This document shows, in pieces, positions 51,833 to 64,000 of a stretch of DNA of 64,000 nucleotides. Position numbers and translations under genes: made by a program. The DNA is from Camelus ferus (lineage: Eukaryota), in NCBI RefSeq assembly GCF_009834535.1, contig NC_045697.1, positions 15,316,001-15,380,000 on the forward strand, in the 5' to 3' direction. A model generated the notes under the pieces. That model made no database searches and was not told the origin of the DNA. It worked only from the letters and a program-made list of their open reading frames with translations. Every line of letters begins with the position of its first letter. Positions within the stretch are counted from its first letter, which is position 1.

Positions 51833-53269
51833 CATCCCTGTCCACAGAACAATACTATGCTAAATCTACTTTTATGATCTAAATAGGGGTAAGAAAATGG
51901 CACCCAGGAAATACAATCTAGCAGCAAACTATTTTATTCCTCCAATCAAAGCAGTTTTGGAGGAAACATGTTCAGGCATGAGTGAGAGTGTGCATGGTGT
52001 GCATGGTGTGCATGTTTGGCTACGTGCGTGCGTGGGTACATGCATGCACAAACTGTATGAGGATGGAGATCATCAAAGTTTTTTTCCCCGCTAACATATT
52101 TGCATACTTTCAGGGAAGCATGCACTCTCCACCTGAAACAGCCCCTGCCCTTCCGTTCAGCTTATTTCTACAGTTTCACCCTTTCTCTCAGCTGCCTGGC
52201 CCCAAAAGACATCTGATGTCATACCCTGGCTCAACTGTCCTGCTCTGTTGTGGTCCCTCAGCTACTTTAAGCACATTTAAAACTGTGAGAGAGGCCACCG
52301 AAAAGGCAGGAGCCTGAGTGTAGAGGACAGAGTGACAGCTATCAGTCTGAGTTCTGATGGAACGGAGGGCGCTCTAATTCTGCACAGGACAACTTGCAGA
52401 AACAAGCACTTTGTTTTGCTGGCTTGAAGAGCATGGCAAAAGAAACAGGACAGCCCAGGGACAGAACCTAAGATCTCTTCTTTTACTTGACTTTGAGCCA
52501 TTCATAAAATGATACATCACAGGAAACTAGGAGCCAATTTTCAAATTTGGACGCCTCAGTCAGCTATCCATATACAATATGTGGAAAGCCAGCCATCCCT
52601 TCTTGCCAGCTTTGGGGGTTGAGTCTCCTAATGAAAGCTTTCCAAATAGACAGATGCACGAATACTGTTTTATGCGGCGGGCACTCAAATCAAAACTCCG
52701 TCTGCAAATTCAAGAGCAATGAACTTTGTGTTGCAAATGCTGCCTGAGGTGGGAGGGAGCACATGCAGTAACAAAGGATGAGTGCAAACTGGCACCACTT
52801 ACTAGGCAAAGTTAGAAAGGCAAATTTACTAGAGAAGAATCGCATCTAGTATTCTCAGACCCCTACTGGTGTCTAGTCCTCAAACTTACCATTCAAAGGG
52901 ATAGAAGAAACCTGGAAAGGATTCATGATAAAACAACCAAATTTGCAGAATTACAGTTAGAAGAGAGCTTTCATATCAAATAGATAAATGCTAATCTTCA
53001 AACACATATTTTGCCTTTAAAACTTCCTTTTTTTGTTAAGCTCAGTATGTCCATCCATTCTATTTACCTTTACTAAGTGTCTATGTGGCAGTCATTGTGC
53101 TAAGTGGTGTCTGTGTGGATGGGGGTGGTAGTGGATGTGATCACATCTAATGTTACAACAACACATAAGGGGTTTTGATACGTCTTATAAAAAAGGCATT
53201 TAACCTGGGAATATGTTCCACCATCTCATTATCTTTCAGTCAGGCACAATTTATTTACAAGTAACCACA

Positions 53270-53765
53270 CTGAGGTATACACACAGAGAAAAGAATCACA
53301 CACAATGTACAAGAGTTTTCATAGCAGCCTTGCTCAGAATAGGTCCAATGAATAACATTAGAATGGATAAATAAATTATGGTTGACTCAAACAATGAAAT
53401 ATTATACAACAATGAAAACGAGCAGGTCTCAAGGACACACAATACTATGGATGACTCCCACAAAAATAACACTGAGTAAAAGAAGCCAAACACAAAAAGT
53501 ATGCCTTAGGTGGTTTCCATTACACAAAGTTCAAATACAGGTGAAATTAACCAAGGGCAGTAGAAGTCAGAATAGAGGTTACCCCCTGGGGGCATGCGTG
53601 GCGCCTGGAAGGGACACAGTGGTGAGGGGAGGGGGGGATCTGGAGTGCTGGGAACATTCTGATTCTTGATCTGAATGCAGGCTACAGGGAGTTTACCATG
53701 AGAAAATTTGAGCTGTGCATTTCTCTTTGCATTTGACACTTCAATGAAGTTTGTATACATAAAAA
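53270..53765 (+). mobile_element. Ancient L1 (L1ME-like) 3' end
   Basis: tttcatagcagcctt...gaatggataaataaattatgg...aaaagaagccaaacacaaaa...gaagtcagaatagaggttacc...ttcttgatctg. Confidence 0.75.
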
Positions 53766-53872
53766 GAAGTAACCACACACATAACACTAATGGTAAGAAG
53801 TATTTGCTGTGTGCTATTCACTTAAAAACTTTAAAATCTTACTGTACGATTACTGGCGGAGAACACAGACAG

Positions 53873-53990
53873 TGATAAGAATTTGTTAAGGTATTGAAAC
53901 TAATAGTAATTTTCTTTCTTTTTTAACTTCTCTTGATGTTGGTGTAACATTATATAATTACTTTCTTAAAATGTAGAAGCAATATATGTA
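53873..53990 (+). repeat. Copy A of a ~110-bp local direct duplication
   Basis: Shares exact 17-, 21- and 16-bp blocks with 55165-55280. Confidence 0.9.
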
Positions 53991-55164
53991 TGTAAGATTT
54001 CCCCCCAAACTCAAGTTACCTTGTACCTAGGGCACGTGCGTTCTGAAATACATAATTGCTCCATAAATCAGATCTCCTTTACATCTGTACAATATAACTT
54101 TATCATCAATCTTGTTTCCAGATCAAAGTGTCAGTAATGCTCCCTGCTCGGGTTATTCCCATGACAACGATGTCTCAGGACCGAGAGTTGGGGTCAATGA
54201 CTCCTTCTCTGGCTCTAAGTATGAAAAAAGAATGGCCACATGCAGTCACACGCGTACATGCCACAGAACCGTTTACGTTACTCGTGGAATAACAGGGGGC
54301 TGTCGCGGGAGAAGCCAAATCTGTCATCTGATTATGGAAGGTTTTGTTCTCTAACTTTTCCAAAGGGAGGTGAATCATGTCATTTCAAACTCTAAACTGA
54401 ACATGAAAAATAGAGTCCTTGTAAGTTCCAACTATGAGCACAAAGCAGTAACCTGAACACCAGGTGGCAATTTGGTGCCATAACGGCAGCACACAGGAGA
54501 GAAGGGAAATGCTGCACTTGCCACTAAAAGGGACTGTTCGTGGGCACACAAAGGCCTGCCAGGGAGGAGACCTTGCTTTCATCCCCTCTTTGTTTTCTGT
54601 CTCTTTTTCTAATTTATGTTCAGAAAAAAGGGGAGTTCAGACAGGCAGTGAATTAAGCAGGAGACAATCCTAAATACGGGGACCTGCTGATGCCATATGA
54701 CAGTCTTTCCTTTTTCTTTCCCCTGAGTGTGCCAAGGCCTAAGTTTTATGCATAAAAATGTCCCCAGTAAAACTGCCTTCATGCTATTCCACTCCAATCA
54801 TGCTTTTCCCTTGGCCTCTTCCCTTTAAGATACTAAGTAAAAGAAACCCACTAAATTACTTTAAGTAAAACTGCAGAACTATTGGTGAGCCACAGAGATG
54901 GCTCGTGAAAAGTAAAAGCAGACAGGCCGCCTCAGTTTTAAGGAGAAGTGGAGCCGGTTACATAAGAGTGTGGGCCCAGTCTTTCCTTCATTAGCGTTCA
55001 ACATTGGCTCTGCCCCAACCATTTCATTCGTCCTCTTCTCTTCTTTCCTTCCCTGCCTCCCTTCCACTCCTTCTCTCTCCCTTCTCTGAAATTATGTGTG
55101 TGTGTGTGTGTATATATATATACACACACCATTCATATACATCACTATATACATATATATATCA

Positions 55165-55280
55165 TGATAAGAATATATTAAAGTATTGAAACTAATAGTT
55201 TTATTTTCTTTCTTAACTTCTCTTGATGTTGGTATAATATTATATAATTACTTTTTTTAAAGGTAGAAGCATGTATATGT
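55165..55280 (+). repeat. Copy B of the ~110-bp duplication, embedded in (TG)/(TA)/(CA) simple repeats
   Basis: Matches copy A. Flanked by tgtgtgtatatatacacac...catatatat and gtgtgtgacatacacac. Confidence 0.9.
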
Positions 55281-55699
55281 GTGTGTGTGACATACACACA
55301 CATACACATATACACCACACAGGGCCACCACCACCTCAGCCTCACTCATATTTACAGCTAGTTGGCTACAAGTCCCGAATCCCAATTCGAAATCAATGTT
55401 AAAGACAACCTGATTGGTCCTATTTGGTTCTAGTGCCTTGGAATTGTGGAAGAGGTCTTCTGGGGAAGGAACACAATGATTTCTGAGACCACAAACTTTC
55501 AGTGTTTTTTTGACACTGGATCAGGAACAACACCCTCAAACACCCTTTCAATTCTCAAGGAAAAGGAGAGAGAAAAGCCAAATAAAGCCCTATGAGCTTC
55601 TTCTGTGAGTGTCCCAGACTGTGAGACCATCCTGGGCATGGCTAGCATCCTGAATATAAAGAAAGAAGAATCAGAACTGAGAACACATCAGATTGGAAT

Positions 55700-56260
55700 T
55701 TCATCAGGTTATCGTCCTCTCCAAACCTTCTACTTGGCCTTAGAATGAATTGCAAACTGCTGCCAAGTCTGAGGTGTTGATGCTACATGGTCTCTTGCAT
55801 GTCTCCCTAACTCTTTTTGTGCCTCTTTATTTGTTCACTGTGATTCTCTCCACTGCCTTTCACATGTCTCCATCATGCCAAGATCTCTCCCACTTTAAAG
55901 ACTTGGCCTTGGCTGCCCTTTAAGCCTCAAAATACCCTCCTATCACCTTTTCTTCACATGGCTGACCCTCTCGCATCCTTCAAGTCTCATTTCAACAATC
56001 ACTTCAGACAGGTGTTCACTGGCTACCTTATCCATAAGAGTTTCTTACTAAGTTTCTCTCTATGGCATCATTCTTTCCAGTATAACCCCAACCTAAAATT
56101 GTCTTGCTCTTTTTTAAAAACGTGTTTATCTTCTGCCTCCTCATAGTGGACCATAAGCTCCACAACTGAAAAAACTTTTTCAGTTTGTTCACTGCCTTTT
56201 TCTTACTGCTTTAGAGGGTCTGCTAGAGCAGGCAGGAAAATAAATATACCAAATGAATAC
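55700..56260 (+). mobile_element. L2 3' fragment
   Basis: catccttcaagtctca...ggaccataagctcc...ttgttcactgc...aataaatataccaaatgaat. Confidence 0.6.
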
Positions 56261-56554
56261 AAAATGTCAATTAAAGTAGTTATATTCCTAAAAGCACAAT
56301 TAAAGCTAACTTAGTTTGAAATAGCAGCATCAGAATGTTCACCAGTTCAAAAATGGCTGATTCAAAACCAGCCATTGTTCCCCAACTGTCTTGTGAACTA
56401 GGTCTGAGACATATGGAGGGACAGATGCCAAGAGGGAGCCTTTGAGGTCGATGGCTACAGCATGCTCCTTCAGGGTCCACACTGACAAAGGAGTCCGCAG
56501 AGTGGAGGGGAGAGTATTATCATAGCACGTTCACGTGAATAAACAAAAAGATTT

Positions 56555-58225
56555 CGGTAAAATGGTGCAGCTTCTGTGGAAAAGAGTTTGGCAGTTTCTC
56601 AAAAAGCTAAACACAGAATTACCATGACTCAGCAATTCTACTCCTAAGTAAATAACCAAAAGAATTAAAAAGAGGAACTCAGACATTTCCACATTCATGG
56701 CAGCATTATTCCCTGTAGCATTATTTCCAGTAGCCAAAGGTGTAAACAATCCAAGTGTCCATCTACAGATGAATGGATAATACAATTCTCTATATCTCTA
56801 CATGCCATAAAAATGAATTACAATATGATACATGCTTCAACATGGATCAACCATAAGAACATTATGATAAGTGAAATAAACCAGACACAAAAGAACACAT
56901 ATTACATGATTCTAAATTCCATGAAACACCTAGAATAGGAAAATTAAGAGAAATAGAGTGTAAATTTGAGGTCACCAGGGGCTGGGAAGTTTTCGCATAA
57001 TGATTATAGAATCTCTATTTGTGGGTGAAGAAGATGCTACATGACCCAAGTCATAGATTAGGAGAAACACTGGCAAAATACATACGTGATAAAGGACTGG
57101 TATCCAAATGTCCAAAGTCACCTTAAAACTCCCTAATAATAATAATAAACAACTCCATTTTAAAATGAGCAAAAGATCTGAACAGAGACACCTCAACAGA
57201 GAAGACCTACAGACGGCAAGTAAGCACAGAAAGATGTCCAATATCATGTGTCATCAAACAATTACAAGTTAAAATAACTATACACATATTACAATGCCTA
57301 AAATTCAAAACACTGACAACATCAATAGCTGATAAGGATGTGGAGCAACAGGAACTCCCATTCATTGTTGGTGGGGATGCAAAATGGTACAACCATTTTG
57401 GAAGGCAGTTTACCACTTTCTTACAAAACTAAACACACCCTTATCATATGATCCAAAAAACACACTCCCAGGGATTTATCCAAATGAGTTGAAAATTTCT
57501 GCCTACAGAAAAAATCTGGACACATAGATGTTTATAGCTGCTCTGTTTCTAACTGCCAACACTTGGAAGCAATCAAGAAGCCCTTCAGTAGGTGAACTAT
57601 GTTACATTCATATGATGGAATATTAGTCAGTGCTAAAAAGAAGTGAGACACAAAAAGCCATGGAGGAACTTTAAATGCATACTACTAAGGGAAAAAAGCC
57701 AGTCTGAACAGGTTACATACTGTATGATTCAAACTGTATGACATTCTGGAAGGGGCAAAACTATGGAAACAGTAAAAAGCCAAGTGATTGGCAGAGGTTC
57801 TGGGAGAAAGAAGGATAAACAGATGGAGCACAGAGGACTTTTAGGCAGTGAAACTGCTCTGCATGATACTACAATAATGGATAAACGTCAGTATACATTT
57901 GTCAAAACTCACAGACCAAGAGTGAAAGCTACTGTAAACTACGGATAATGATGTGTCAATGTTAATTTAGATTGTAACCACTCTGGTGAGGGATGGTGAT
58001 GGTTGGGGAGGCCGTGCATATGTGGGGAGAGGAAATATATGTGCATTTTGTACTTCCCATTCAATTTTGCTATGAACTTAAAATTGCTCTAAAAAAGTCT
58101 ATTAAAATTAATTAAAAAATTAATTAAAAAAGCAAAGTTTGGGAGGTAGAGGTGATGGTTGCACAACACCGTGAATACAATAATGCCACTGAACTGTATA
58201 CATGACAATGTTTAAAATGGCAAAT
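56555..58225 (+). mobile_element. L1MB-like 3' end (56555-57032 and 58134-58225) interrupted by an L1MC-like element (~57033-58132)
   Basis: The first 3'UTR stops at gtgggtgaagaa and resumes at aaagtttgggaggtagaggtgatggttgcacaaca. The insert has its own ORF2 end, 3'UTR and A-rich tail. Confidence 0.8.
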
Positions 58226-58569
58226 CAGCACCACTGGATAGGTTTGCAGCATCCAGAGCTCTGGAATTCTGCATCTTGGATGGGGGATGTGTTTCTCTTT
58301 GGAGGGCCAGAGTGCTAGAACATGAAAAGGCTACTTCTGAACATGACAGGACCTTGTGGTGCCCAGAAATATCTGGAGACTTAGGGAGGGCCAGTGCTGC
58401 AATTCTGGTTATGACTGTCAGCATGCCTTTTATATTCCCAAATGCAGAGGAGGCCTGCAGAAACATGAGTTACAGAAATATACCAAGAGGCATAAACCAT
58501 AGATCATCTTTCTTCCTAATTCCTTATACTACTTTGACTTTCTTATTTTTGTTAATGGCCCTACCATTC

Positions 58570-59730
58570 TCATAGTCCCTCAAGTAGAAAATCTTGGAGA
58601 AAACCTGGCTTCCACCTTTTCCTCACCCCTCAACTGTCATTATCATATCCAACCAATTCCTGAGTTTCACAGATTCTTCTTTCTCAGTATCTCTCATACT
58701 CACCTCCGTTTTTCCTTGAACATCTTCCAGGCCTTCATTACACCCTCTTTGTTTATAGCAAAAATTTTCACCTTTGTCACTACTCCAGTTTCCTCCCCTT
58801 TAATCTCTTCTACCCACACTCTTGCTGACTTAGTTTTCCTAAAATATATCTCCAAGCATATCACTTGACTTCAAGATAGACTCGGGTCATTCCTGACTGT
58901 CTGCAGAACTAAGTACAAATATCTACCTCACTCTGGAACTCAAGGTCCTCCACAACATAGGTTATCAGTTCACAAGATGTTAGCTAAGGATCAACATCTT
59001 CATAAGGAGGAAGGATGGAGCAGAGGAAGAAGTCAAATGGTGAAGCAAGCAAAGCCAAGGCAGCAAGGAATTCTCAAGAGAACATTGCCAATCTGTCCCT
59101 CATGAAGCTTAAATGATCTCACATCTGTATACCCCCACCCACTGACCTAGGGCATTGGTGTGACCCTGGATAAGGTGATTCTCTGCAGCTGAGGAGCCTC
59201 TGAAGGTGCAGAGAGCTGCAGACTGTCTTTTTACTAAATCCCTCACAGCACGGCATGTGGGCTGGCAGCTGGTAGAGCCTTTCCTTCTCGCCCACCACAT
59301 ACTCCCCCAGCCTTCTTTCTCCTTTTCTTACCTTAATGCCTACACTGGGCTTACATAAATTACTCTCCTAAAAGCACTCCTTCATATCTGTCTCATGCTT
59401 TCTACCTTTGTCTATAGTTTCCTTGGTTCCTTGTGAATCCCACTAGCTCCCATCCTTTCAATGACTTACCATCAGTCAATGCCCATCCCATTGCCTCGAA
59501 CAGAGATCTTTTCTTTAACTTATCAATTGCATGTGATCTCCCCGCTCCCCCCAGATTTCTCTGCTCACACTGCCAATAGCACCAATTTTTAGCATTATTT
59601 TTGTTCTTGGTCTCTTCTCTGAACATAAGTGTTTTTGCACACACTATGTTAAATTCATTTATAGCTCTTGAAGAACCTGGTATAGTACCTTAGCACGACA
59701 GGACTTCAATAACTAATTTATAAATTGAAC
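58570..59730 (+). mobile_element. L2 fragments with an intervening LTR-like segment
   Basis: L2-like pyrimidine-rich blocks at 58570-58960 and 59300-59730. Confidence 0.45.
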
Positions 59731-60419
59731 ATATACACTCACATGAGTATTGTTCACTCAAAGTAGAGAGGGACACAGCATAGGACACTGGGAAGGGAAA
59801 TTTAAAGTGAAACAAAACTGAAGGCTAGTTTCTTGGTTTTCCATTAAAAAGGCCAATTAAAACCTATGAAGTACCAGCTTCAAGGTTCAAGGTGGGGTTT
59901 CATGTCTAAATTCAATCACTCATCCTGGTTACACTCCAGGGTTCTACAACTAAACGGAGATCAAACACATCAGCTTCATCAGCATCTAACGTGATCAGAA
60001 TGCCACCTGAGCCCAAGTGGGACTCCCTACTCTTTCCTCCTTCAATTAAAGACGGACCTGGCTAGTTTCAAGCTAAGATGCTGGAACTGAAAATGAGCCA
60101 AGAACCTGAGCTGACCTAGCAGGAGAGTGAGGGAGTACACAGAAAGATGGGGAATGTGTATTTCAGTAACACTCCCACCTCCACAGAAATACAAGGAGAG
60201 GGAGGAAAAAGCAGTATACAGTGTGTGACTTTTAAATAAGGGAAACAGCTTTCTTGTCTGGTTCATGAACTGAACCTCAAGGCAATTTCAAGTGAGAAAT
60301 TTTCCAGAGATTATCAAGCACAGCCCCTTTACCAGAAGAAGTGTATGATTTTAGAGACATTCATTTGGATGTTTGACATATGATGTGTTTATGTGAAAAA
60401 CAGCACCGTTATTTTACAG

Positions 60420-60586
60420 CAGTGTTCCTCAAAGTGTGGTCACTGGATCAAGAATATCAGAATCACCTGGGAAATCACTAAAAACCTAAATTATCAAGCC
60501 TAGTCCTACACCTACTAAATTAGAGACTGAATATTTTAACAGACCTTCTAGGTGATTTTGATGCATTCTAAGGTTGAAAACTACTG
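60420..60586. mobile_element. MER5A-like hAT-Charlie MITE
   Basis: Terminal inverted repeats CAGTGTTCCTCAA...TTGAAAACTACTG; internal atcagaatcacctggg and ttttaacagaccttctaggtgattttgatgca. Confidence 0.85.
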
Positions 60587-62420
60587 CTTTAAGGGCCACA
60601 CATTTTTCTGCAGGATATCCCTGGATTGTATAATTATCTCATCTATATCTAATGTGTTTCAGTAAAGTTGGTTTAAAATGAGGAAGTATCATGAATCCTT
60701 GTGCTAATCTTTTATTTAAGTATGTAAAGTATTCCTTATATTGGGGAAAAAACATTAATTATCATCCTATAGAAACAGCTGTCTATGGCTGAGGGCGCCT
60801 TCTGTTTAGAAAAGTAAAATTCCATAATAGAACAGGCACGTTGTTTATGCAAGGATGAGCACAGGAACCATTTGCTGGTGCATTTCTACATAAATTACAT
60901 TTGTTTATAATATTAATCAACCAACAGCATTAAATATTTCACTTTCTTGGGAACACTAGAGAAAACCACTTCATCAAAGAAATAAGTTAAGGACAGAAAG
61001 GTTGGAAAATTACACAGAGTACTCAAACTGATGAAATTTCTAAATATTTTAACACGGAGAGATGTATGAGTCAATATGATGGTAGACAGTCACAGACATA
61101 TTTTATCGAGCCACGTAATAGGCAGAGCTTCTACCTAAACCTGGAATATTATTAGATTTCATAAATTAAGTAGATTTTGGACTGGTAAAATACTCAAACA
61201 CATCTCTCTTTATATGGTGACCTAGTTCATCTTTATTTTTTTCCCTTTCATTTTTAAGATATAACCTATCACAAATGCTCTGTATGCCTAGGGAGTATGT
61301 ACTAATGGCTCAAAAAATGATGTCTCTTAGATTTCCATTAGAGTTCAGAGTCTGTGTCAGTGTTGTTTGCATAAATAACCAGATTGCTATTGCATTTGTA
61401 CATTTATTCAAAACTAATTTTATAAATTGATACATGTACATCTACTCAGTCCCATTATAGTGAAACATGATGATTGGAAAGAGACACATAGGGTAACAGA
61501 TAGTATATATGGTAGTCTGTTATAGTTTAATACTGACTCTGACACTTATTAGTCTTACGACCTCAGTCAGTGTATTTAACCTTTCTGGGCCTAAAGTTGT
61601 CATTTCTCATGAAAATTTTAAAGGTATAAAATACAGGATTATTATGAGTACATCAGACGGTTAATTGCGCTTTATGTGACTCATCTCAGTGACACTCTCC
61701 CCATAAACAACACAGCCTCACCAAATGCTTGATGTGAGTTTCTTTGAGAACCAGTGAAGGAAAGACTTTTCGTAATGTATACTCTCAGGGCAAAGGACAG
61801 AACCAGCTGTGTAGGGACAGAGAGAAGCATGAGGATGTCTGTGGCAGAATATCCTAAAAAGTGTTGGGAAATTTTATCTGCTGCCACAGACCACATGTGT
61901 TATGTTGAAATCAAGTTTAACCAAATATTCTGAGGTGGCTGGGAGGTGCTGACTGCCTTCTTGGTTACAGACCATGAATAATTGGCAGGCTTTGTCTTCC
62001 TGGGTTTTAGTACCAAATACTAGTTCCCTTACCCTACTGTTGCAGCCAAGGTTGAGAGTAACTGAGTCAGAGCTAGAGCACTCTATCTTGTCTAAGCTCA
62101 GAACTTGTACCAGAGCCCAGGACAGGGCTCCAGGCAGGAGCACGCCAAGGGTTTCAGCTGTGAGGGAGGCTGTACAGGCTGGAGATGAGAAGTGAACATT
62201 CCCATGCCAGGTAGACACTGTCCAGTGTTGAATCTAATGACTCTCGTCCAGGACTCGAGCAGTTCCAACACATCTTTCCTTTCAATAACCAAATGCTTCC
62301 TGGCCTCAAGTTCAGAAACCCACCACAGCTGTATCTGGCAGCTGTCATACCAAAAGTAAATGAGCTCTGATGAATGTGGGATGTAGGAAGGTCATATAGC
62401 TCAGAAGAATGCAAAACAGA

Positions 62421-62500
62421 AAAGAAAAGAAAAGATAAGATAAGATAAGATAAGATAAGAAAAGAAAAGAAAAGAAAAGAAAAGAAAAGAAAAGAAAAGA
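62421..62500. repeat. Compound pentamer repeat (AAAGA)3(TAAGA)5(AAAGA)8
   Basis: Read directly from the sequence. Confidence 0.95.
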
Positions 62501-63329
62501 AACCTCTTTAGTTCCTTTTGAGCAGTAATCACATCAGTCCTAAAGTATATATTTTCCCAGAGAAAATTATTGGTCTTTTTCAAACTGGGAACATCTGATA
62601 TTCATATAAGGGAACATTTGTCAACTTCAGACTTCTGTACTTTTAAATATAACACAAATACATAAATATTTATATATTTAAATATATAGATGTAGACACA
62701 CACATACATGTACAAGTAGGTAATCATTATTCCATTTCACTCCACAGCACAGATTTGAAACCAAAGCTAATCCTAATGATAAGTAAATTGACCCAAAGTG
62801 TACGTGGGTGTAATGGACAAACTGTTTGACAGATAAAAGCTGTTATCTTTTCACTGATGTTTTGCCACTGCTATGACTATTCAGACTTAAAGCAAAAAAG
62901 AAAAAAAAGCAAATAAGTCACAAAACGCATTTAAAATCATCTTACACATTTTAACTCAATGATGGACTTTAAACAAGAAACTTTATTCATATAAAAGGAA
63001 GAAACTGTATGATATTATGACTATGGGTAACTTTATACAGTCATTTCAGATATTTTACTGAGAAATATTCATCAGCCATTAAAAGAATCAATAAAGCATC
63101 ACAAGTAGAGAACTACAAAGAGTCAAAACACAAATGAAATACTGAGGTAAACATGTGCATCTAGATGACAATGGGTTAATTACATCATTATTTAAAGAAC
63201 TCTTTAATATGAAGAAGGCTAGTGACTCATAGCAAAACGGGTAAAGAACAAGAGTAACAAACTCACAAGATTGTAATAATTTATTAACAGATAAGACATA
63301 ATAGTAGAAAGTCATAATAAAAATAATGA

Positions 63330-64000
63330 AAGTCATAATAAAGTATCACTTTTCTCTTACTGACAACGATCAAAAAGTGTCAGCCAGCGCATAGGGAAAA
63401 TAAGCCCTCTGCTACACGGCTAAGGAGGGCATGTAAATTGTTGGGAAACTTGTCAAATTCATCAAAATTAATATGCACATCAAGTTTGACCCGGCAATTC
63501 CACTTCTAGAAATTCACCCTTCATGTATATATACAAACATGCACAAATACATTTAAAATAATATCCTCTCTGGCAGTATTAAAATTAAAATGACCAACCA
63601 AAAATGACCTGAATGTTCAACAATAGTAGACTGATTGCAGCCCACAGTGCAACTAGATACTATGTAGACATCAAGGAAAAAGGTATGCTGAAATGGAATG
63701 CTCTCGAAGTTAAATAAATACTAAAGTGATGTGTGTAATATATTAAAATCTGTATTAAATTTTTATAGTATCAGTGCATAACATTGATACTTATATCCAC
63801 ATCATGTACATCTCATGATTCAGACAGATGTGGTATTCTTGAAAAAAATATATAAATACAATCTAATCTTGAGAAACATCAGATGAACTCAAATTGAAAG
63901 ACATTCTCTAAAATAACTGACTAGTACTCATCAAAACTAATAACAGAAAGACTGAGGAATTGTCCCAGATTGGAGGAGACTAAGGAGACACAACAACTAA
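63330..64000 (+). mobile_element. Ancient L1 fragments (L1ME-like, then L1MC/MD-like 3'UTR)
   Basis: tttgacccggcaattccacttctagaaatt...; caaattgaaagacattct...gaaagactgaggaattgtcccagattggaggagactaaggagac. Confidence 0.7.

Noticed and set aside
1..64000. CRISPR arrays, operons, rRNA or foreign/prokaryotic inserts
   Set aside because: No regularly spaced repeat-spacer array, gene-dense segment or compositional break was seen other than the CpG island. The sequence is consistent with ordinary mammalian DNA.

Overview
Mammalian genomic DNA, most likely camelid (inferred from two tRNA-derived Vic-1-type SINEs and a young L1). The only gene I can support is KCNIP4 (KChIP4). Its CpG-island promoter lies at ~16.6-17.6 kb and its first coding exon (minus strand, 16926-16866, [20 protein letters not shown], phase-1 GT donor) sits inside it. 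Bases 1-16865 are the start of its very long first intron; ~17.6-64 kb is upstream gene-poor DNA. The rest is dominated by interspersed repeats (L2, MIR, old and young L1, MaLR/ERV LTRs, hAT DNA transposons, CR1) and microsatellites. Nearly all ORFs in the supplied track are spurious; the L1 ORF2 remnants are the exception. I found no convincing new biological system. The best leads are modest: a ~110-bp local duplication inserted into a microsatellite, a recursive-splice/cassette-exon-like site in intron 1, a triple TGACA palindrome cluster, a degenerate RE1 site, and nested insertions. Repeat family names and boundaries come from recognition by eye and are approximate.
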